A DNA stretch of 64,000 nt. It comes from Planctomycetota bacterium (GTDB taxonomy: Bacteria; Planctomycetota; Phycisphaerae; Phycisphaerales; SM1A02). Numbering within the stretch: the stretch's first letter is position 1; each line of letters starts with the position of its first letter. This document shows positions 30,286-39,745 of this stretch, in pieces. The notes under the pieces are model-generated. The model made no database searches. It was not told the DNA's origin and saw only the letters and a program-made list of their open reading frames with translations. The stretch covers positions 33,752-97,751 of the forward strand of contig JAAERN010000069.1 of assembly GCA_024230295.1 (NCBI GenBank), given 5' to 3'. Position numbers and translations under genes: made by a program.

Positions 30286-31140
30286 ATGCCGAATAACGTA
30301 GTAGTCAAGAAGACAGGGGCAACCGCGACGGCTTCACCGCCTGCGCGCACGTCTCGCAGGGCCGTCTCCGACACAGTCGCGGACGGACGCCCTGTTCTCG
30401 AAGTGTGGATCTCATATCGAGACGATCCAACGGATGAGACGCGAAACGTGCTCGTCGAGCACTATCTGCGGCTGGTGCGGTACACCGCAGAGCGACTGCA
30501 TCAGCGTCTGCCGTCTGAGGTCGATGTTGAGGATCTGCATTCGTCGGGCCAGTTTGGGCTGATGGACGCAATCGACGCATTCGATCTCGATAGAGGTGTG
30601 AAGTTCGAGACCTACTGCACCCAGCGAATTCGCGGGGCAATCTTCGACGAGTTGCGTGCCATGGACTGGGTTCCTCGGCTGGTGCGATCACGCACAGCGA
30701 AGATGGATCGGGCACGCAAGGAACTGGAGATGACATCCGGTCGCCGAGCCACCGAGCAGGAAGTGACTGATCATCTCAACGTGTCCGATGACGAGTTCCA
30801 GAAGATCAAGAAGGACTCCCGGCCAGTCTCGATGATTTCGCTGAATCGCAAGTGGTATGAGACGGATTCCAGCCGCGATGTCACCGAAGTGGATGTTGTT
30901 CGTGATCGTCGACAGGAGACCCCGGTTTCGAAGGTGCAGCGAGAGGATCTCAAGTACCTGTTGACCCGTGGCCTTTCTCGTGCCGAGCGGCTGATCGTCA
31001 TCCTCTACTACTACGAGGAAATGACGATGAAGGAGATCGGTGTCACGCTTGACCTCAGTGAGTCTCGCGTCAGCCAGATGCATTCTTCGATCATCGCTCG
31101 CCTCAAAGCCCAAATGCAGCACCGCACGAAGGACATTTGA
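30286..31140 (+). CDS. fliA: FliA/WhiG-family (group 3) RNA polymerase sigma factor
   Basis: ATG at 30286 with SD AAGGAG. Region 2 is DLHSSGQFGLMDAIDAFD...YCTQRIRGAIFDELRAMDWVPR. Region 4 is ERLIVILYYYEEMTMKEIGVTLDLSESRVSQMH. Confidence 0.8.
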   Translation: MPNNVVVKKTGATATASPPARTSRRAVSDTVADGRPVLEVWISYRDDPTDETRNVLVEHYLRLVRYTAERLHQRLPSEVDVEDLHSSGQFGLMDAIDAFDLDRGVKFETYCTQRIRGAIFDELRAMDWVPRLVRSRTAKMDRARKELEMTSGRRATEQEVTDHLNVSDDEFQKIKKDSRPVSMISLNRKWYETDSSRDVTEVDVVRDRRQETPVSKVQREDLKYLLTRGLSRAERLIVILYYYEEMTMKEIGVTLDLSESRVSQMHSSIIARLKAQMQHRTKDI

Positions 31141-31167
31141 GAGGCGCACAATTTCAACCAAGTAATC

Positions 31168-31196
31168 AGGAGCCGAACGCACTGCGTTCGGCTCCT
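31168..31196. terminator. hairpin between the convergent fliA and scoB genes
   Basis: 12-bp inverted repeat AGGAGCCGAACG / CGTTCGGCTCCT. There is no clear U-tract on either strand. Confidence 0.45.
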
Positions 31197-31244
31197 GTCA
31201 TTCCTTGGTGAGTCTTTATTGGCAGTTATGGATGCGAGGCGGGG

Positions 31245-31907
31245 CTACAGCGAGAGTACGCCCGGTGTTTCATGGACCAGGATCTCAGCGGCGGTCTTCG
31301 CAAGTACTTCCTCGACGGTGACATCGGGGGCGAGTTCAGTCAGGACGAACCGTCGCTTTTCGTGGTCCATTTCGAGAACGCACAAATCGGTGATGACCAT
31401 GTCGATACATGCCACTCCCGTCAGCGGCAGAGTGCAGGCGGGGATCAACTTCGGCTCGCCTCGTTTGTTGCAATGATCCATGATGACGACAACTCGCTGT
31501 ACCCCTGCCACGAGGTCCATTGCCCCGCCCATCCCCTTGACGAGTTTGCCCGGAATCATCCAATTGGCGATATCGCCTTCCTGCCCTATTTCCATGGCTC
31601 CGAGAATTGCCAGATCAATGTGGCCGCCACGGATCATTTCAAATGACTCATGGCTGGAGAAATAGCTTGCGCCGGGTACGGCTGTGACTGTCTGCTTGCC
31701 TGCGTTGATGAGGTCCGCGTCGACGGCATCTTCCGTCGGGAAAGCGCCCATTCCGAGCAGGCCATTCTCCGACTGCAGCCAGACGGTCATTCCGTCAGGA
31801 ACGTGATTTGCGACAAGGGTCGGCATGCCGATACCCAAATTGACGTAGAAGCCATCCCGCAGTTCGCGGGCGGCGCGACAGGCGACTTGATCTCTGTTGA
31901 GTGGCAT
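31245..31907 (-). CDS. scoB: 3-oxoacid CoA-transferase, subunit B
   Basis: Start trimmed to the ATG at 31907. MPLNRDQVACRAARELRDGFYVNLGIGMPTLVANHVP and SENGLLGMG are typical of the CoA-transferase family I beta subunit. Confidence 0.85.
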   Translation of the reverse strand: MPLNRDQVACRAARELRDGFYVNLGIGMPTLVANHVPDGMTVWLQSENGLLGMGAFPTEDAVDADLINAGKQTVTAVPGASYFSSHESFEMIRGGHIDLAILGAMEIGQEGDIANWMIPGKLVKGMGGAMDLVAGVQRVVVIMDHCNKRGEPKLIPACTLPLTGVACIDMVITDLCVLEMDHEKRRFVLTELAPDVTVEEVLAKTAAEILVHETPGVLSL

Positions 31908-31993
31908 GAGGGGAAGTGTACGATCTGGTGGCAGACTGCGGATCCAGAGGATCCAGGGCTGCCAGAAACAGGACATGCCCTTACAATCTTCGG

Positions 31994-33541
31994 ATGTCTA
32001 CCACTACCGACATCGTTTCAGAACTCTGCGATCACCCTCTGCTGTTGGCGGATGCCAAACCTGGAGATGGGCGCGTAGTTTCCACGAATCCTGCCACCGG
32101 CGCAGCCCTAGGCGCGGTGCGATTGCAGTCCGCTGCGGAATATGAAGAGACCGTGCAGCGGGCAATGCTCGTGCAGCGATCGTGGCGAATGTTCCCCGCG
32201 CCCAAGCGAGGGGAACTAGTACGGCGTATGGGTAACGCCTATCGGGAGCACGAAGAGGAACTTGGTCGCCTCGTGACCATGGAAATGGGCAAGATCCTGC
32301 CTGAAGGCATCGGCGAGGTTGTGGAGTGCATCGACATCGCCGACTTCGCAGTCGGGCTCTCAAGACAACTTTATGGATTGACGATGCCGTCGGAGCGGCC
32401 GCTCCATCGCATGTATGAACAGTGGCATCCGTTCGGGACGATCGGCATCATCACCGCCTTCAACTTTCCGGTGGCAGTCTGGGCATGGAATGCCATGCTC
32501 TCAGCAGTGTGCGGGAACGCCCAGATCTGGAAGCCGAGTCTCGCGACGCCACTCACCGCTATCGCTATGAACAACATCGCGCAGCGCGTCATGCGTGAAC
32601 AGGACATATTCGTGCCGGAAGAGGGGGACCCTGTGGACCTCTTCGGTTTGGTCGTCGGTACCGATGATGAGATCGGCGAGACCATGATTGCCGATCGGCG
32701 ACTTCCGCTTATCAGCGCCACGGGATCGTCCCGTATGGGTCGCCATGTTGGTACCCAGGTCGCCAAGCGACTTGGACGCAGCCTTTTGGAACTCGGTGGC
32801 AACAACGCGATCATCGTGACCGAATCAGCCGACGTTGATTTGGTCGTTCGGGGGACCCTGTTTGGAGCCGTTGGAACGGCGGGTCAGCGATGCACATCCA
32901 CCAGGCGGCTCATCTGTCACGAGTCACTCGTTGATCAGGTTTCCGAGGGACTTGCCAAGTCCTATCAGCAAGTTCCGATCGGTGACCCACTCGAACCTTC
33001 GACGCTCGTTGGACCGTTGATCGATCAGCGGAGTGTTGATGCCATGCGGGCGGCAATCGAAGCGGCGTGCGAGCAGGGGTGCACCGTGCTGTGTGGTGGC
33101 GTAGAGGGAATCGATCGCTTTGATTCACACGAAGGTAACTTCGTCACACCGACGATCATTCGTGTGCCTCGTGGGACCACGCCGGACATTACGCGTGAAG
33201 AAACATTCGCGCCAATTCTCTACATCTTCGAGTACTCCGATTTTGCAGATGCCATCGCGATGCAGAACGATGTCGACCAGGGCCTGTCCAGTGCAGTCTT
33301 CACGGATTCCGTTCGGATGGCCGAACGTTTTCTCTCGGCAGCCGGATCGGATTGCGGCATCGCCAATGTCAATATCGGAACGAGTGGCGCCGAGATTGGC
33401 GGTGCCTTCGGCGGTGAGAAGGACACGGGCGGCGGTCGTGAGAGCGGATCGGATTCATGGAAGGCGTACATGAGGCGGCAGACTTGCACCATCAACTGGG
33501 GCGACGACCTGCCGCTGGCGCAGGGAATTGAGTTCGGTTGA
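31994..33541 (+). CDS. aldehyde dehydrogenase, ALDH7/aminoadipate-semialdehyde dehydrogenase-like
   Basis: Start trimmed to the ATG at 31994. ALDH motifs LELGGNNAIIV and FGAVGTAGQRCTSTRRL are present. The GTAGQRCT context is characteristic of the ALDH7 subfamily. Confidence 0.8.
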   Translation: MSTTTDIVSELCDHPLLLADAKPGDGRVVSTNPATGAALGAVRLQSAAEYEETVQRAMLVQRSWRMFPAPKRGELVRRMGNAYREHEEELGRLVTMEMGKILPEGIGEVVECIDIADFAVGLSRQLYGLTMPSERPLHRMYEQWHPFGTIGIITAFNFPVAVWAWNAMLSAVCGNAQIWKPSLATPLTAIAMNNIAQRVMREQDIFVPEEGDPVDLFGLVVGTDDEIGETMIADRRLPLISATGSSRMGRHVGTQVAKRLGRSLLELGGNNAIIVTESADVDLVVRGTLFGAVGTAGQRCTSTRRLICHESLVDQVSEGLAKSYQQVPIGDPLEPSTLVGPLIDQRSVDAMRAAIEAACEQGCTVLCGGVEGIDRFDSHEGNFVTPTIIRVPRGTTPDITREETFAPILYIFEYSDFADAIAMQNDVDQGLSSAVFTDSVRMAERFLSAAGSDCGIANVNIGTSGAEIGGAFGGEKDTGGGRESGSDSWKAYMRRQTCTINWGDDLPLAQGIEFG

Positions 33542-33554
33542 TTCGGGAGTTTCT

Positions 33555-34217
33555 GTGAATCCATCAACAATCATTCGTCTTCGCCGACCGGCCATTGTGT
33601 CATTGGGTGACCGCGAGTGGTTGCCCGATCCACACTTGCGGGAGGAGGCCGAGCGGCGATGGTCCGACATGCAGGCCTCGAACCCGAAGCTGTATGACGG
33701 GAAGATGATTCAGGTCGCAGGGGTTCATCGCAACGGGGCTGGTGGCGCGGTGATTCAAGGTTTTCCGTGTGATTTTCGCTGGTATGCGGTGCAGTCCGAA
33801 GCCGATGAGACCGGGTCGAGCCACGACTGCATGTGTCGTCCCCTCGGCGTCAAGGGCGTGACGTTTTGCAATGGTCGTGTGCTTCTTGGCCGCCGGGCCC
33901 CATGGACGACTTGGCAGGCAGGATATTGGGAGTTGGCGCCCTCCGGAGGCGTGGAGCCTGGGAATAGCCCTGAAGAAGCCCTCACCAATGAATTCGCGGA
34001 AGAGATTGGTCGCGTGTTGGCGTCGACACCTCGAGCGGAGGCGGTGATGTTTGATCCGAACACCCGGACGTGGGAAGTGGTTCTATCCGTCGAAATGCCA
34101 ACGGATGACATCGGATTCAATACTGGCGAATACGAAGAGTTCGCATGGGTGAACCCAAGCGAGATTCCGGAGAACACCACACCGATTGCTGAGCGGATTC
34201 TTCACTTGCTCAGCTGA
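33555..34217 (+). CDS. NUDIX hydrolase
   Basis: Nudix box GGVEPGNSPEEALTNEFAEEIG. I prefer the GTG at 33555 (SD GGGAG 5 nt upstream) over the track TTG at 33528. Confidence 0.7.
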   Translation: MNPSTIIRLRRPAIVSLGDREWLPDPHLREEAERRWSDMQASNPKLYDGKMIQVAGVHRNGAGGAVIQGFPCDFRWYAVQSEADETGSSHDCMCRPLGVKGVTFCNGRVLLGRRAPWTTWQAGYWELAPSGGVEPGNSPEEALTNEFAEEIGRVLASTPRAEAVMFDPNTRTWEVVLSVEMPTDDIGFNTGEYEEFAWVNPSEIPENTTPIAERILHLLS

Positions 34218-34316
34218 TCTCGATTGCAATTGACGTCGCATCGCGACAGCCGTCAGCGTAATTTGAGCGGCCGCGAGAAGTATGAGGGGGGGGTTGCGCC
34301 GGTGTTACTCGGTGCG

Positions 34317-34637
34317 CTACGCCGGGCGAACATCAAGCCAGCGGGAGACGCTTCGGAGATCCGAAGCGATCTGAGGCGTGACGAGGAGTGTGAACTCTTG
34401 GCCGGCTTCGCATCGCTGAAGTCGCGTGGCTCGCTTCCGATTGGTCCACGGCCGCCCAGCTCGGACATACGTGACGTTGTCCTTCTGGCGACGTTGGCGG
34501 GCCAATGCTCGCATGCCCTTCTGAATATCGGGCTGCATCCACATGAGACGCTCAATCGTCTTGACCTTCGAGCTGGTCGTGGGCACCTGCTTGACGGTGA
34601 AGGTCTGCGTTTCGTTTGGTGTGATTTCAGTACTCAT
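34317..34637 (-). CDS. hypothetical protein (106 aa)
   Basis: ATG preceded by GAGGA at a 10-nt spacing. Third-position GC bias is consistent with coding. I recognise no family. Confidence 0.4.
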   Translation of the reverse strand: MSTEITPNETQTFTVKQVPTTSSKVKTIERLMWMQPDIQKGMRALARQRRQKDNVTYVRAGRPWTNRKRATRLQRCEAGQEFTLLVTPQIASDLRSVSRWLDVRPA

Positions 34638-34805
34638 GGATTGAAGATCCTCATGGGGGAAGCCCCGGAGTATACCAGCCCCCGCTCCATTTCAAGGCAT
34701 CACGTCGCGTGGTGGCCATTTTGGGGGGGCCAGCAACAGGCGGTGAGAGGGTCAGAACGCGTCTTGCCAGTATCAGGATCGGCGTGCCAGGAGGCTTGAT
34801 GGCCT

Positions 34806-36512
34806 CTATTCCGACCCCGCCACGCGCTCGATCTCATCGAAAGTCGTCTGTCCGTCCGCCACGAGCGTGTATCCGAACTGTTCCAGAGTCATGAAGAGAC
34901 CTTGTTGGGCCAGTCCTCGGATGCCTTTGATGGAGGGCTCCTTCATGATCAGGTCACGAATGCCGTCGGTGATTTCGAGCAACTCGAACAACGCCCGCCG
35001 TCCGTGGAATCCGGTTCGCAGGCATTTTTTGCAGCCTTGCGGCACGTAGACCTTCGAGAGGCCAGCAACCTGCTGCCCCATTCGGAGCGTTTGGCTCGGT
35101 GTGGGCGCAACTGCCTTTCGGCAAGTGGGGCAGAGCAGTCTCACAAGCCGTTGAGCAACGATCAGGTTCAGAGCGTTCGCGACCAACGGTGCTTCGATGC
35201 CCAGATCCAGAAGGCGGAAGACTGCGCCGATCGTGTCCTTGGCATGGACCGTGGTGTAGACCAGGTGTCCGGTCATCGAGGCCTGCATGGCCACGGTTGC
35301 GGTTTCGATATCTCTGATTTCGCCGACGAAGATGACGTCGGGATCCTGGCGAAGTACCGATCGCAGCACGCTGTGAAACGTTGTCCCCTGTCCATGATCG
35401 ATTGGAATCTGCGTGCATCCTTCAAGGAAGTACTCGACTGGATCCTCGATCGTGATCGCGTTTCGTTGTTCAACATCAATTTCGCGGAGGCATGAGTACA
35501 GCGATGTCGTCTTGCCAGATCCCGTTGGCCCGCAGGCGAGCAACAGTCCGGCATCGCGTGTGGCGATGGTTCGCAACTTGTCGTACATCCACGACACCAT
35601 GCCCAGTTCGTGGAGGCGACTCGGGCTGTTCGAGGCATCGAGTACACGAATCACGAGCTTTTGGCCGTGCACGGATGGCGTCAGGCTTACGCGGTAGTCA
35701 ACGCGGCGTCCCTTGATTGACACTGAGAAGTGTCCATCCTGCACCTGATTCTTTTGGCTCGTTTCGATTTCGCAGAGAATCTTCACGATACCGAGGATTC
35801 GCTTGAAGATCTGCTTGGAGAACTGAACGGCAGTGATCATGGTGCCGTCGACACGAAGCCTGACAGTGCAGCCGTCGATACGAGGCTCAATATGCAGGTC
35901 AGTTGCTCGGGTGCGGAACGAGGCGTAGAGAAGTTTTCGAAATGCTCGCGTTCCCTCGGCGCCATCGCCGTCTCGTCCAGTGTCAAGGTTGCCTGATTGG
36001 GCTTGATGCACGGTGACACCGCGGTTGTCAACGAGGCTGATGTCGGTCTCGTCGAATCCCTTTTCTTCGCCTGAGGCAATGATTTCTTCGAGTCGCCGCT
36101 CCCAGTTGGTCTGCGCGGTTTGACCGACCTCTGCGTGAAGATCGACATCGAGTGTGTCGAGATCAGGCGGGAAGAAGTCTTCCTCAAGCGGAGCACTCGG
36201 TTCGATCTCAGCAACTGATATCAACTGCTCGGGGTCGATGAAGGTGATCTTGGTGCGACCCACCTTGACGATATCGCCGTTCCCGAGTTCATTCGACTCC
36301 ACCTGCTCGTCGTTCAGGGTGGTTCCATTTCGGCTCTTCAGGTCGCGAATCAGGAATCCACTGTCTCCACGCTCGATGACGCAGTGGTGGCGGCTGGCTC
36401 GATCGTCTTTGAGGACAAGCGTGTTGTCGTCGGCTCGACCGATCGTGATAGGGCGATCAGTCAGTTCGAATCGCTTGCGGCCCTGCTTTGTCTTGACCTC
36501 GATCTGTGCCAT
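34806..36512 (-). CDS. FHA-domain-fused GspE/PilB-family secretion ATPase
   Basis: N-terminal FHA domain (ITIGRADDNTLVLKDDRASRHHCVIERGDSGFLIRDLKSRNGTTLN). C-terminal T2SS/T4P ATPase domain with Walker A GPTGSGKTT, Asp box, Walker B FVGEIRD, His box, and the tetracysteine motif CPTC...CKKC. Confidence 0.85.
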   Translation of the reverse strand: MAQIEVKTKQGRKRFELTDRPITIGRADDNTLVLKDDRASRHHCVIERGDSGFLIRDLKSRNGTTLNDEQVESNELGNGDIVKVGRTKITFIDPEQLISVAEIEPSAPLEEDFFPPDLDTLDVDLHAEVGQTAQTNWERRLEEIIASGEEKGFDETDISLVDNRGVTVHQAQSGNLDTGRDGDGAEGTRAFRKLLYASFRTRATDLHIEPRIDGCTVRLRVDGTMITAVQFSKQIFKRILGIVKILCEIETSQKNQVQDGHFSVSIKGRRVDYRVSLTPSVHGQKLVIRVLDASNSPSRLHELGMVSWMYDKLRTIATRDAGLLLACGPTGSGKTTSLYSCLREIDVEQRNAITIEDPVEYFLEGCTQIPIDHGQGTTFHSVLRSVLRQDPDVIFVGEIRDIETATVAMQASMTGHLVYTTVHAKDTIGAVFRLLDLGIEAPLVANALNLIVAQRLVRLLCPTCRKAVAPTPSQTLRMGQQVAGLSKVYVPQGCKKCLRTGFHGRRALFELLEITDGIRDLIMKEPSIKGIRGLAQQGLFMTLEQFGYTLVADGQTTFDEIERVAGSE

Positions 36513-36621
36513 ACACTGCTGCTCTCCGGATCACCCTTGAGCCAAACTTTCGGTAGGACAATTGACAATTTCGGCGGGTCCCGTCACCGCCCAGTCCATC
36601 GTACACTCCCGTAGCCTGATA

Positions 36622-37761
36622 ATGGACATCATCCTACTGCCATCCTGTTTGATTGATCCAAAACTGCGTTGGCTGGCGATCGCCGTCGTGTTGGCCGCTA
36701 TGGGCTCCGTGGCTCCCGCATTTGCAAAGTCGATTCGTGTTCCTGAAGATGCCAGCAGCATCCAAGCTGCTGTAGACATGGCAGCGTCGGGGGACCGGAT
36801 AGTTGTAGGAGCCGGGACCTATCGGGAGGCTGTCGACCTGAGCCGCCGCGTCGTCATTTTGGAGAGTGAGGGTGGGCCATCGCGGACCGTCATCGATGCC
36901 TCCGGCATCGAGCGACCTGCGATTACGTTGGTAGGGGGAAAGGACGATGCCACAGCAATCCGCGGGTTCAAGATTCTCGGAGGTACGGGAGACCGCACGC
37001 GGTTTGGCGATTCTGCCACGATCGGTGGAGGGATTCTGATTCGAGGCTGTTCGCCGCTTATTGAGAACTGCAGAATCATGGGCAACACAACGACCTATGA
37101 GGGTGGCGGTGCCTGGATTGGTGGTGGGGCTGCGCCGCGATTTGTCCGATGCAGATTTTCATCCAATCGGTCTGAACGCGGAGGCGGGGCGTTTGTAGAT
37201 AGCAGCGAGGCGACTTTCACGGATTGTCGATTCACATCCAATCAGGCGATATTTGCTGGTGGCGGGCTCGCCATCCAAAGAGGCTCGCGGGTGACAGTGA
37301 TTGATTGCACTTTCAAGGGATGCGGGACGACCCACAATGGGGGTGGCGTCTATGTCTATGACAGTGTCGCCACACTGGAGCGATGTATATTCACGCAGAA
37401 TGCCGCAGGGCGTGTCGGCGGGGCTGTGTATCAGGGGTACAACTCGCGGGTTGACGCGGTCGAAGTTGAGTATCGAACCTTTGGTGATAGCGTTTTTGGT
37501 GAGTGGTATGAGGATCTGTTGCCCCCCAAGGGGGCTTGTTGCATCGATACCATGTGTATCGAGGTGACCGAACGTGCCTGCCTCGACGCATCGGGCCGAT
37601 GGTCTGGGGGAAGGACTGACTGCATTTCGGTTCGGGCGGCGGCGTGTCCAGTCCCTCAGCCGGGCGACCTGAACGGTGATTCTGCCGTGGACATCCGAGA
37701 CATGGCGATCCTGATGAGCCTATGGGGTGACGGTAGCCCTGCAGAATCCGCCTCCCCCTGA
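36622..37761 (+). CDS. secreted right-handed beta-helix (pectate-lyase-fold-like) protein with C-terminal dockerin-like module
   Basis: Start trimmed to the ATG at 36622 (signal LAIAVVLAAMGSVAPAFA). It has repeated GGG[AV] ... F..C.F..N motifs typical of parallel beta-helix repeats. The C-terminus is DLNGDSAVDIRDMAILMSLWG. Confidence 0.7.
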   Translation: MDIILLPSCLIDPKLRWLAIAVVLAAMGSVAPAFAKSIRVPEDASSIQAAVDMAASGDRIVVGAGTYREAVDLSRRVVILESEGGPSRTVIDASGIERPAITLVGGKDDATAIRGFKILGGTGDRTRFGDSATIGGGILIRGCSPLIENCRIMGNTTTYEGGGAWIGGGAAPRFVRCRFSSNRSERGGGAFVDSSEATFTDCRFTSNQAIFAGGGLAIQRGSRVTVIDCTFKGCGTTHNGGGVYVYDSVATLERCIFTQNAAGRVGGAVYQGYNSRVDAVEVEYRTFGDSVFGEWYEDLLPPKGACCIDTMCIEVTERACLDASGRWSGGRTDCISVRAAACPVPQPGDLNGDSAVDIRDMAILMSLWGDGSPAESASP

Positions 37762-37837
37762 CCGGAAGGGGCCCGCATCGTCTTGTTCGTACGTCCCGAT
37801 GGGCGTAGAATCTCCCTTTTCTGCCGGGGAATGCAGG

Positions 37838-39745
37838 ATGAACGATGTGACAAGTCAAGCGCCAGAGGCACCCAGCAGTACTTCACCGACACCCGTCGAG
37901 GCGGTCGCAGTTCGCTTTGCGGGCGACAGCGGTGACGGCATGCAACTGGCCGGTGGTCAGTTCACCAGCACGACCGCTGTACTCGGAAACGACTTCTCGA
38001 CCTTCCCGGACTACCCCGCTGAAATTCGCGCGCCCCGTGGCACGACGTTTGGCGTGTCAGGCTTTCAGGTTCACTTTGCCGCGAGGCCAATTCATACACC
38101 GGGCGATGCCGTCGATGTCTTGGTAGCGATGAATCCTGCAGCGTTCAAGACGAACATCGACGAGGTCCGACCTGGCGGCATGATCATCGCCGACGAAGAT
38201 GAATTCTCCGGTGTTGGGCTGAAGAAGGCCGGCTACGCGCCGGACGACAAGCCTCTGGCCGATGAGGTGCTTTCCTCGCGATATCGAATCGTCACCGTAC
38301 CCATGACACGGATCGTTCGTGAGGCGCTTGCCGAGACCGGCCAGAGCGCCAAGGAAATTGATCGCTGCCGCAACATGTTTGCGCTCGGCCTGTTGTGTTG
38401 GATGTACGACCGTCCGCTCACACCGACGATTGATTGGCTCGATTCTTACTTTGGCAAGAAGAAGAAACGGCCCGAAATCGCCTCGATGAATGTGACGGCG
38501 CTCAAGGCCGGCTGGGCCTTTGGCGAAACAACGGAAGCGATTCCAGAGCGGTATCAGGTCGCTGCCGCCGAACTTCCACCGGGGCTCTACCGCAAGATCA
38601 ACGGCAATGAGGCGACCGTGCTCGGTCTTGCCGTCGCCAGCGCGAAGGCCGACACGCAGATCAGTTACTGCGGATATCCGATCACGCCTGCATCTGATCT
38701 GCTGCATGGACTGTCTGCATTGAAGCAGTTCGGCATCCAGACGTTTCAGGCCGAGGACGAAATCGCCGCGGTCGCGGCCGCCATTGGTGTGAGTTATGCC
38801 GGTGGTATTGGCGTGACCGGTACTTCCGGGCCAGGGCTCGCCCTCAAGGGTGAGGCACTGGGTTTGGCGGTCATGCTTGAGTTGCCTTTGGTCGTTGTGG
38901 ATGTGCAGCGAGCGGGACCCGCGACGGGCATGCCGACCAAGACCGAGCAAGCCGATCTACTGCAGGCCATGTATGGACGCTCGGGCGAAGCACCCTGCGT
39001 CGTTCTGGCTGCAGCGTCTCCGTCGGACTGTTTCGACACTGCCATCGAAGCCGTCCGATTGGCGGTTCGGGCGATGTGTCCCGTCATTGTGCTTACCGAC
39101 GCAGGAATCGCCAATGGCGCGGAGCCCTGGCAGGTTCCGGACGTTGCATCGATTCCGGAAATCAAGATCGAGCATCCGGTGGCACAAGCGGATTCTGATG
39201 ACACCTTCGAGCCGTACCTTCGCGACCCCGAGACTCTTGCTCGGCGATGGGCCATTCCTGGAACACCCGGTCTGGAGCACCGACTCGGTGGTCTGGAGAA
39301 GGATGGCACCACGGGCGCGGTGACGTATGACGGACCGAACCATCAAACCATGATTGCGGCGCGTGCTGAGAAGGTCGCCCGAGTTGTCGATGTCATTCCA
39401 CCGATGGAGGTCGGCGGCGACGCTGGCGCCGACACGCTTGTTGTTGGTTGGGGCGGAACACGGGGCGCGATCATCTCCGCAACTGAGCGACTACAGCAGG
39501 AGGGCATTGCGACGGCAATGGTGCATCTGCGGCACATCAACCCAATGCCGCCCAATCTCGGAGAGGTGCTGGCTCGCTATACGAACATCATTGTTCCTGA
39601 AATCAACAGCGGGCAACTCGCGATGCTGCTGAGAGCCAACTACCTCGTAGATGCGAAGACTGTCAGCGTGATTCAAGGGAGAGGATTCCATGTTGAGGAA
39701 CTGGTCAACGGCATTCGGAAAGTGATTGAGGAGGCAGGACGATGA
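37838..39745 (+). CDS. korA: 2-oxoglutarate/2-oxoacid:ferredoxin oxidoreductase, alpha subunit
   Basis: Start trimmed to the ATG at 37838. FAGDSGDGMQLAGGQF and GYPITPASD motifs are present. The stop overlaps the korB start (ATGA). Confidence 0.9.
   Translation: MNDVTSQAPEAPSSTSPTPVEAVAVRFAGDSGDGMQLAGGQFTSTTAVLGNDFSTFPDYPAEIRAPRGTTFGVSGFQVHFAARPIHTPGDAVDVLVAMNPAAFKTNIDEVRPGGMIIADEDEFSGVGLKKAGYAPDDKPLADEVLSSRYRIVTVPMTRIVREALAETGQSAKEIDRCRNMFALGLLCWMYDRPLTPTIDWLDSYFGKKKKRPEIASMNVTALKAGWAFGETTEAIPERYQVAAAELPPGLYRKINGNEATVLGLAVASAKADTQISYCGYPITPASDLLHGLSALKQFGIQTFQAEDEIAAVAAAIGVSYAGGIGVTGTSGPGLALKGEALGLAVMLELPLVVVDVQRAGPATGMPTKTEQADLLQAMYGRSGEAPCVVLAAASPSDCFDTAIEAVRLAVRAMCPVIVLTDAGIANGAEPWQVPDVASIPEIKIEHPVAQADSDDTFEPYLRDPETLARRWAIPGTPGLEHRLGGLEKDGTTGAVTYDGPNHQTMIAARAEKVARVVDVIPPMEVGGDAGADTLVVGWGGTRGAIISATERLQQEGIATAMVHLRHINPMPPNLGEVLARYTNIIVPEINSGQLAMLLRANYLVDAKTVSVIQGRGFHVEELVNGIRKVIEEAGR

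Noticed and set aside
34224-34799. 191-aa plus-strand ORF between the NUDIX and GspE genes
   Set aside because: The translation is Arg/Gly-rich with no motifs, and it overlaps the better-supported minus-strand ORF 34317..34637 (SD plus codon bias).
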